Below are positions 59,356-64,000 of a stretch of DNA of 64,000 nucleotides, piece after piece. A program made the translations under genes and the position numbers. Numbering within the stretch: position 1 is the first letter of the stretch; every line of letters begins with the position of its first letter. The stretch spans positions 8,961-72,960 of the forward strand of contig JAZQKN010000137.1 in the NCBI GenBank assembly GCA_045542175.1, written 5' to 3'. The DNA is from Acutalibacteraceae bacterium (GTDB taxonomy: Bacteria > Bacillota > Clostridia > Oscillospirales > Acutalibacteraceae). The notes under the pieces were generated by a model. The model saw nothing but the letters and a program-made list of their open reading frames with translations, was not told where the DNA came from and searched no databases.

Positions 59356-59421
59356 TCAGCCTTTGATGGCGATGATTACTTCGCCTGCTGCGACTAATAT
59401 CGCACCGATAAGTGCCAGCAT
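59356..59421 (-). CDS. Very small hydrophobic peptide, 21 aa (not in ORF track)
   Basis: MLALIGAILVAAGEVIIAIKG with tandem TGA-TAA stops; AAAGGAGGTG RBS. Confidence 0.65.
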   Translation of the reverse strand: MLALIGAILVAAGEVIIAIKG

Positions 59422-59454
59422 CAGAGCACCTCCTTTCTTCTTTATTTTCTGCTT

Positions 59455-59613
59455 TTATCCGCGCGACGAACCTGCGTCACTGCGCTTTTTGCGCCAGGTG
59501 CCGTCCTGATTGCGGCTGCGGTTCTGTCCCGCCGTGGGTCCTGTTTTAACTATGGGGCCGTGGGTGTCTCTGGGGCTTGCGGATGCTTTTGCGAATGATG
59601 ATAAAATGCTCAT
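59455..59613 (-). CDS. Small basic protein, 52 aa (not in ORF track)
   Basis: MSILSSFAKASASPRDTHGPIVKTGPTAGQNRSRNQDGTWRKKRSDAGSSRG; GAAAGGA RBS; promoter upstream. Confidence 0.65.
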   Translation of the reverse strand: MSILSSFAKASASPRDTHGPIVKTGPTAGQNRSRNQDGTWRKKRSDAGSSRG

Positions 59614-59661
59614 CTGAATCTTTCCTTTCGTTTTTTGAGTTTGTTTTTTGGGAACATCTGC

Positions 59662-59703
59662 ATTGTAGCAGACGCATAATCGGGTTTTGTAAAAACGGAT
59701 TAC
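59662..59703 (-). promoter_or_regulatory. Conserved box plus extended -10 promoter (copy 1)
   Basis: Minus strand GTAATCCGTTTTTACAAA, then TGcTACAAT. Confidence 0.65.
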
Positions 59704-59840
59704 GGCTTTTCGGTGTATTTGATTATTACACGCGGCAGATGTTTTTCCGCATTTACTTTTTTACAATGGTCGAACACCGATTTATGAGGATAAGGAAATG
59801 AAGGCTTGTTTTGTTTATCCGTTTGTCTGAACACTGTCAT
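59700..59840 (-). CDS. Small basic protein, 44-46 aa (not in ORF track)
   Basis: (MT)VFRQTDKQNKPSFPYPHKSVFDHCKKVNAEKHLPRVIIKYTEKP; AGGAGGTG RBS suits the GTG at 59834. Confidence 0.55.
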   Translation of the reverse strand: MTVFRQTDKQNKPSFPYPHKSVFDHCKKVNAEKHLPRVIIKYTEKP

Positions 59841-59857
59841 CACCTCCTGACAACACC

Positions 59858-59898
59858 AGTATAACAGAGCAAAAACACGGTTTGTAAAAACGGATTAC
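59858..59898 (-). promoter_or_regulatory. Conserved box plus extended -10 promoter (copy 2)
   Basis: Minus strand GTAATCCGTTTTTACAAA (identical 18-mer), then TGtTATACT. Confidence 0.65.
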
Positions 59899-59902
59899 AA
59901 AG

Positions 59903-59928
59903 AAAAAACCGCCCTTCGGGGCGGTTTT
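59903..59928 (-). terminator. Intrinsic terminator of the kinase-NB-ARC-TPR gene
   Basis: CCGCCC-CGAA-GGGCGG followed by T6 on the minus strand. Confidence 0.85.
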
Positions 59929-59931
59929 GAG

Positions 59932-62900
59932 CTAATTGCTGTTCGCGGTTATTTCATCAATAATCGACTGCGTTTTTTGAGTCCTGTAATCATTTTTTCC
60001 AAAAATTTCGATTTGAATTTCAAGAGCTTTTGTAAGGTTAACCTCTGCTTCAGACCGCAGACCTTTTTCAATATTCAGCCGTCCTAACCAATAATACGAG
60101 TCAGCCGTTTCACTGTGCTTTTGTCCCAGCATATTTTCTCTGATACTAAGAGATTTTAAGATTAAAGGTTCTGCTTTTTCTGTTAAATGTTGTTCTACAT
60201 AAAGTGCTCCCAAAGTGCAATAACAACGCGCCAGATCTGACTGTTCTATTTTCAACTTCTCTCTTATTTCTATTGATTTTAAAAAATATTTTTCAGCATT
60301 CGGAATGTTTTTTGTTTTATCATAAAACCCACCTAAATTATGATAACAATTCGCAACCACGATATGATCCTCACCATATAATGACAGCCTTATATCAAGG
60401 GCTTGGTTTAGCTCTTCTTCAGCACAGTCGTACTGTTCTTCTCTTATGTTGACTAGCGCCAAAGCATTGTATGATTGAGCCACCGCTTCGTTTTTCAGAC
60501 CAAAAAGCATTTTTCTTATTTCGAGCGAGCGTAAATACATTTTCTTTGCATTTGTATAATCTTCAAGAAATAAGAAAAGGTTACCTTTTGAATGATAGGT
60601 TGACGCAACATCAGACGAACATTCTCCAAACAGTTCGATTTGAATTTTCAAGCTTTTATCATAATGATTCTTTGCTTCCTCAAAAAAATCTGTATCAAAA
60701 CAAACGTCTCCCAAGTGACAATAAACCGTTGCAATCAAACTGTGTGAAGTGTTGTAATGGTTTTCAAGTAATTCCAATGCATACTTAAATTCTTTTTTAG
60801 CTTCAGAGTAGTTTCCTTTCGTATGATATATCACTCCGAGATTATCGTGAATTCCGGCAATTTCTTTGATGAAAGTTTTTATGTAATTCTGTCCATAAGC
60901 TTTTTCATAAGTTTCAAGGGCTTGTTTTGTAAATAATTCAGCGTTATCAACATCATCTTTTAACAAATACACTGCACCCAGATTGCTGTATGAGTCAGCA
61001 ATAAGGCAACCGGGACAGTCTGCATTATTCTTTCCGATTTTGATACATTCACAAAGGCATCTGATATCCAGTTCAAAATATCCGAACTCCGTTCCAACCG
61101 GATCCATACCTAAAAACCTTGCAACAGAAGTTGTCTGCAAACCGCTTCTTAAAACTTTTACGGATACAGAATTCTTTAAATTTACATAATAATACCGTTC
61201 AGCGAACTCCAAAGAACCGAAATGACTTTTTTCGCTTAAAAAAGCAAAAAAATTATTCAAAAACAAAGAAATATCAGCAGCCTTGTCTTTCACCAACCCA
61301 AACATAATATCAGACACAACAGGATGCAATGATATGAAATCCTTTTCTTCATCCCATCTTATCCAGCCCTCGCTTACAAGAGAATTGACTGTTTCGTAAT
61401 CTTCAAGTCCACACCAATCTCTGAACTGCTCTGCTGAAATTCCCGAATGGGGAATAAGTGAAAGATTTCCGAGAATATTAATCGCATTTTCATCAAGGTC
61501 CGAAATATCAAAAAGTGCACGGATATGGTCATAAGCACTTTGTCTTGATAAAACGCTGTCTTTGCCCGCTTCCACCTTTTCTTTTCCGCTGTCAGCCAAG
61601 CCTCCGTTGCTGAGCACATCAAACATCTTCTGAGGTGTTACCCTGCCCGACTTCATCTGCTTTGCAAGGAGTTCAACCGTCATAGTATGACCGTCAACAA
61701 GGTCAATAATCAAGCTGACTATCCTCTTGCTTTCCTCGTCGATTGCTTTTGTATAATAATTATTGAATATTGAGTTGATATCGCTGCGCACAGCAAGAGC
61801 GCCGATTTCAATCTGAGGATAATTGTAATCAGCAAAGTTATTTCTTGTTGTTATTAATTTTTTGCAACCGAGAGATAAAACGTCGTTCAGATGCGGATCT
61901 TCAACCGTATCAAAATTATCGATTATAAGCAGTGTGCGTTCATTGCAAAGCTCCTTTAATTTGCGAAGCTTTCTGTCATAATACTCATTTGGCTGCTCAC
62001 CTTGGAACATTTCTATGTTAACAACAGAAACGTATTTGTCATCGGTAATCAGCATCATAATATCGTTTATATAAGGGGCAAATATTATTGCATCATAACC
62101 GTCTTTGAATTTAACGGCATAATTTTTGACGAGTTCACTTTTTCCTATGCCGCCCATTCCGCTGACAAAAAGAACGTCATTCTCTTTTAATTTGTTATGT
62201 ATTTCCTCTGTCTCTTTGTCGCGGCCGACAAAAAAGCTTTGCTGAGCAGGAAGCGTTGAAACAATTCTGGGCTCGTGGGGATTCGCCAGAGGTATCATTT
62301 CTTCAAGAGCTTCAAGCATTTCGTCTGCAGAAGCATATCTTTTTGAAACAACGCCGCAAATCGTTTTGCTGAAAAATTCAGAAAGCGCAGGGAATATTTT
62401 CGGATCAACGTCTTTACAGATTTCAGAATCAAAGTCATATTCATATTTCGCAAAGCTTCTGCGCTCATCGGCGGAAGAATGTCTGCCGAAAAGCTGATAA
62501 AACACCATTTCGCCTATTGAAAACAAGTCAGTAGCTTCACATATTTTCCCTCTTCTTCCCGGCAGCAAAAGCTCGGGTGCAGCCCATACCTCTGTATACG
62601 AAACCGCTCTGCCGGAAACAGCCTCACCCTTGGTGAGAACGCTGTCAAAGTCAAAGAATATAACAAACTCCGCTGACTCCGGAAGAGCAAAAATATTATT
62701 CGGTTTTAAATCCAGATGAAGATATCCGTTACCGTGATAATGCTTTACCGTCTGAGTGATTGTTCTGATTCTTCGCAAAAGGTCATAGAGACTTGTTTCC
62801 TGTATTTTATCATACGTTGTACCGTTAAAACACGCCATATCAATGTATTCGGTACCGTTGCCTTTGTAAATTCCCTGAACGTTGCCTGTCGTATTTTTGG

Positions 62901-63207
62901 TTTCGTCGATTTTTCTTATGCCAAGCTGCTTCTTATATCCGTTTTCAAAACGCAGTAACCCCGAGACAAAAGCCTCCATTTCTTCTTCGCTGTCCGCGAA
63001 AAGAAATCCTGATTCATCCCTGCCAAGATCAAGCTTTTGAGGGTTATATTCCTTAAGAAGATGCTCGGTACAAATTCCGTTTTTGTCCGTGAATTCGGCA
63101 AAATATACCGCACACGAAGAACCGTATCCGATAACCGATTTGATTTTGAAAACGCCTTCTATACCGTCAAGTGAAAATTCATATTCCGGCTGTAAATATC
63201 TTTTCAT
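59932..63207 (-). CDS. Ser/Thr kinase - NB-ARC (STAND NTPase) - TPR protein (bacterial NLR-like)
   Basis: GYGSSCAVY, LLKE, HLDLKPNN, DFD, APE; FVGR, GMGGIGKS, LLIIDNFD, LITTR, GHT, LHP; about 8 TPR repeats of the type G..H..VA..Y.NLG; ATG after AAGGAG. Confidence 0.9.
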   Translation of the reverse strand: MKRYLQPEYEFSLDGIEGVFKIKSVIGYGSSCAVYFAEFTDKNGICTEHLLKEYNPQKLDLGRDESGFLFADSEEEMEAFVSGLLRFENGYKKQLGIRKIDETKNTTGNVQGIYKGNGTEYIDMACFNGTTYDKIQETSLYDLLRRIRTITQTVKHYHGNGYLHLDLKPNNIFALPESAEFVIFFDFDSVLTKGEAVSGRAVSYTEVWAAPELLLPGRRGKICEATDLFSIGEMVFYQLFGRHSSADERRSFAKYEYDFDSEICKDVDPKIFPALSEFFSKTICGVVSKRYASADEMLEALEEMIPLANPHEPRIVSTLPAQQSFFVGRDKETEEIHNKLKENDVLFVSGMGGIGKSELVKNYAVKFKDGYDAIIFAPYINDIMMLITDDKYVSVVNIEMFQGEQPNEYYDRKLRKLKELCNERTLLIIDNFDTVEDPHLNDVLSLGCKKLITTRNNFADYNYPQIEIGALAVRSDINSIFNNYYTKAIDEESKRIVSLIIDLVDGHTMTVELLAKQMKSGRVTPQKMFDVLSNGGLADSGKEKVEAGKDSVLSRQSAYDHIRALFDISDLDENAINILGNLSLIPHSGISAEQFRDWCGLEDYETVNSLVSEGWIRWDEEKDFISLHPVVSDIMFGLVKDKAADISLFLNNFFAFLSEKSHFGSLEFAERYYYVNLKNSVSVKVLRSGLQTTSVARFLGMDPVGTEFGYFELDIRCLCECIKIGKNNADCPGCLIADSYSNLGAVYLLKDDVDNAELFTKQALETYEKAYGQNYIKTFIKEIAGIHDNLGVIYHTKGNYSEAKKEFKYALELLENHYNTSHSLIATVYCHLGDVCFDTDFFEEAKNHYDKSLKIQIELFGECSSDVASTYHSKGNLFLFLEDYTNAKKMYLRSLEIRKMLFGLKNEAVAQSYNALALVNIREEQYDCAEEELNQALDIRLSLYGEDHIVVANCYHNLGGFYDKTKNIPNAEKYFLKSIEIREKLKIEQSDLARCYCTLGALYVEQHLTEKAEPLILKSLSIRENMLGQKHSETADSYYWLGRLNIEKGLRSEAEVNLTKALEIQIEIFGKNDYRTQKTQSIIDEITANSN

Positions 63208-63227
63208 ATATTTTTTCTCCTTGCGAT

Positions 63228-63268
63228 ATAGTATCATTCAAAACAAAAGTATTTGTAAAAACCGATTA
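63228..63268 (-). promoter_or_regulatory. Conserved box plus extended -10 promoter (copy 3)
   Basis: Minus strand TAATCGGTTTTTACAAA (16/17 match), then TGaTACTAT. Confidence 0.6.
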
Positions 63269-64000
63269 TTCAAACGAACTGAGATAGTATTTTTCAATAA
63301 GGGCACGAAGCTCATCTACAGGATTCGGCGCGCACGCACAATATCCTATCATCCAGTCAAACGGATTGCGCCAATACAGTCCTACATAACCGCATTCGGC
63401 AAGAACAGAATCCATTTCATCGTAAAACTCAAAAAACAGCTCTTGTCCGCCTTCAATCCCGTTCAGTTTCGCTTCTGTAAAAAAGCTGTAAAAATTAAGA
63501 ATTACAAGTGCTTTTTTAATTACCTCATACGAAGCTTTGCCTTTCAATATATTCTCAATTTGTTGTCTTTGCGGGAAGTTGCGTTTGATAAGTTTCGGAA
63601 AACCCGATTTACTGATGCTCGAACTGTAAACACGTATACCTTGTCCGCTTTTTTTATCAACACCCTCGGTTCCTCTTGCGGAATAAGAATAAATCGCATC
63701 AAGCAATGCATCAACGGTTCGGATTTCTTTTCTGCTGTCAGGGCAACCGTTTTCCCCGTTTGCCAGAACCATACATTTATTTATCAGGACTTTTATTTTT
63801 TCTGTTGCCGTTTTGTTGTTAATCTTAAATCCCGAACTGTTTTCCGTTATGTAATTTATCAACTCTTCTTCGGTGTCTTTTAAGTAAATCTCTTTTCCGA
63901 TATTTTCTGTAGCGTCTTCTGCTTCGGAATTGTTTATATGTTGCTTTTTTTCGATAATATCTATAATTCTTAGAGCGTCCGAATATGTTCTGCCTGATTT
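63266..64000 (-). CDS. Hypothetical protein, 5' truncated; possibly helical and DNA-binding
   Basis: Frame is open without stops from 64000 to the TAA at 63266; C-terminal L..CGY..LY..NPFD..I motif. Confidence 0.7.
   Translation of the reverse strand, partial: KSGRTYSDALRIIDIIEKKQHINNSEAEDATENIGKEIYLKDTEEELINYITENSSGFKINNKTATEKIKVLINKCMVLANGENGCPDSRKEIRTVDALLDAIYSYSARGTEGVDKKSGQGIRVYSSSISKSGFPKLIKRNFPQRQQIENILKGKASYEVIKKALVILNFYSFFTEAKLNGIEGGQELFFEFYDEMDSVLAECGYVGLYWRNPFDWMIGYCACAPNPVDELRALIEKYYLSSFE

Noticed and set aside
59087-59509. 140-aa plus-strand ORF in the track
   Set aside because: Antisense shadow of the RBS-bearing minus-strand microproteins; it has no RBS of its own.
59686-59898. 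18-bp direct repeat considered as att sites, target-site duplication or mini-CRISPR
   Set aside because: No integrase, transposase or cas gene nearby; a third copy and the fixed distance to -10 elements fit a regulatory box better.
63083-63883. 266-aa plus-strand ORF
   Set aside because: Overlaps two minus-strand genes in antisense and has no recognisable motifs.

Overview
Chromosomal window from a low-GC, spore-forming Firmicute (Clostridia-like, judged from spoIID, ricT, a T-box leader and sigma-A promoters). 1-24.6 kb is mostly housekeeping and metabolic: AlaX-type editing protein, TetR regulator with a MacB-like ABC transporter, T-box-controlled ileS, GPH symporter, araD, spoIID, citrate synthase, queG-holB-ricT, ferredoxin, GH2, PI-PLC-like protein and glnA. 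24.6-51.1 kb is a minus-strand Wzx/Wzy capsule/EPS operon with unusual members: a 3066-aa multidomain surface protein coupled to licD, a sortase-type protein coupled to the LCP gene, a radical SAM enzyme, an FrhB-like/pyruvyltransferase pair and a His-tailed membrane phosphatase. 51.3-57.4 kb encodes secreted or surface proteins. 57.5-64 kb is an accessory island and the best candidate for an undescribed system. It holds a kinase-NB-ARC-TPR (NLR-like) gene and a convergent DUF4145/HEPN-like pseudokinase gene. Between them lie five small ORFs (21-55 aa) missed by the ORF track, each with a strong RBS. A conserved 17-18 bp box sits upstream of three extended -10 promoters in the island. No rRNA, tRNA, CRISPR array, transposase or reverse transcriptase was seen.
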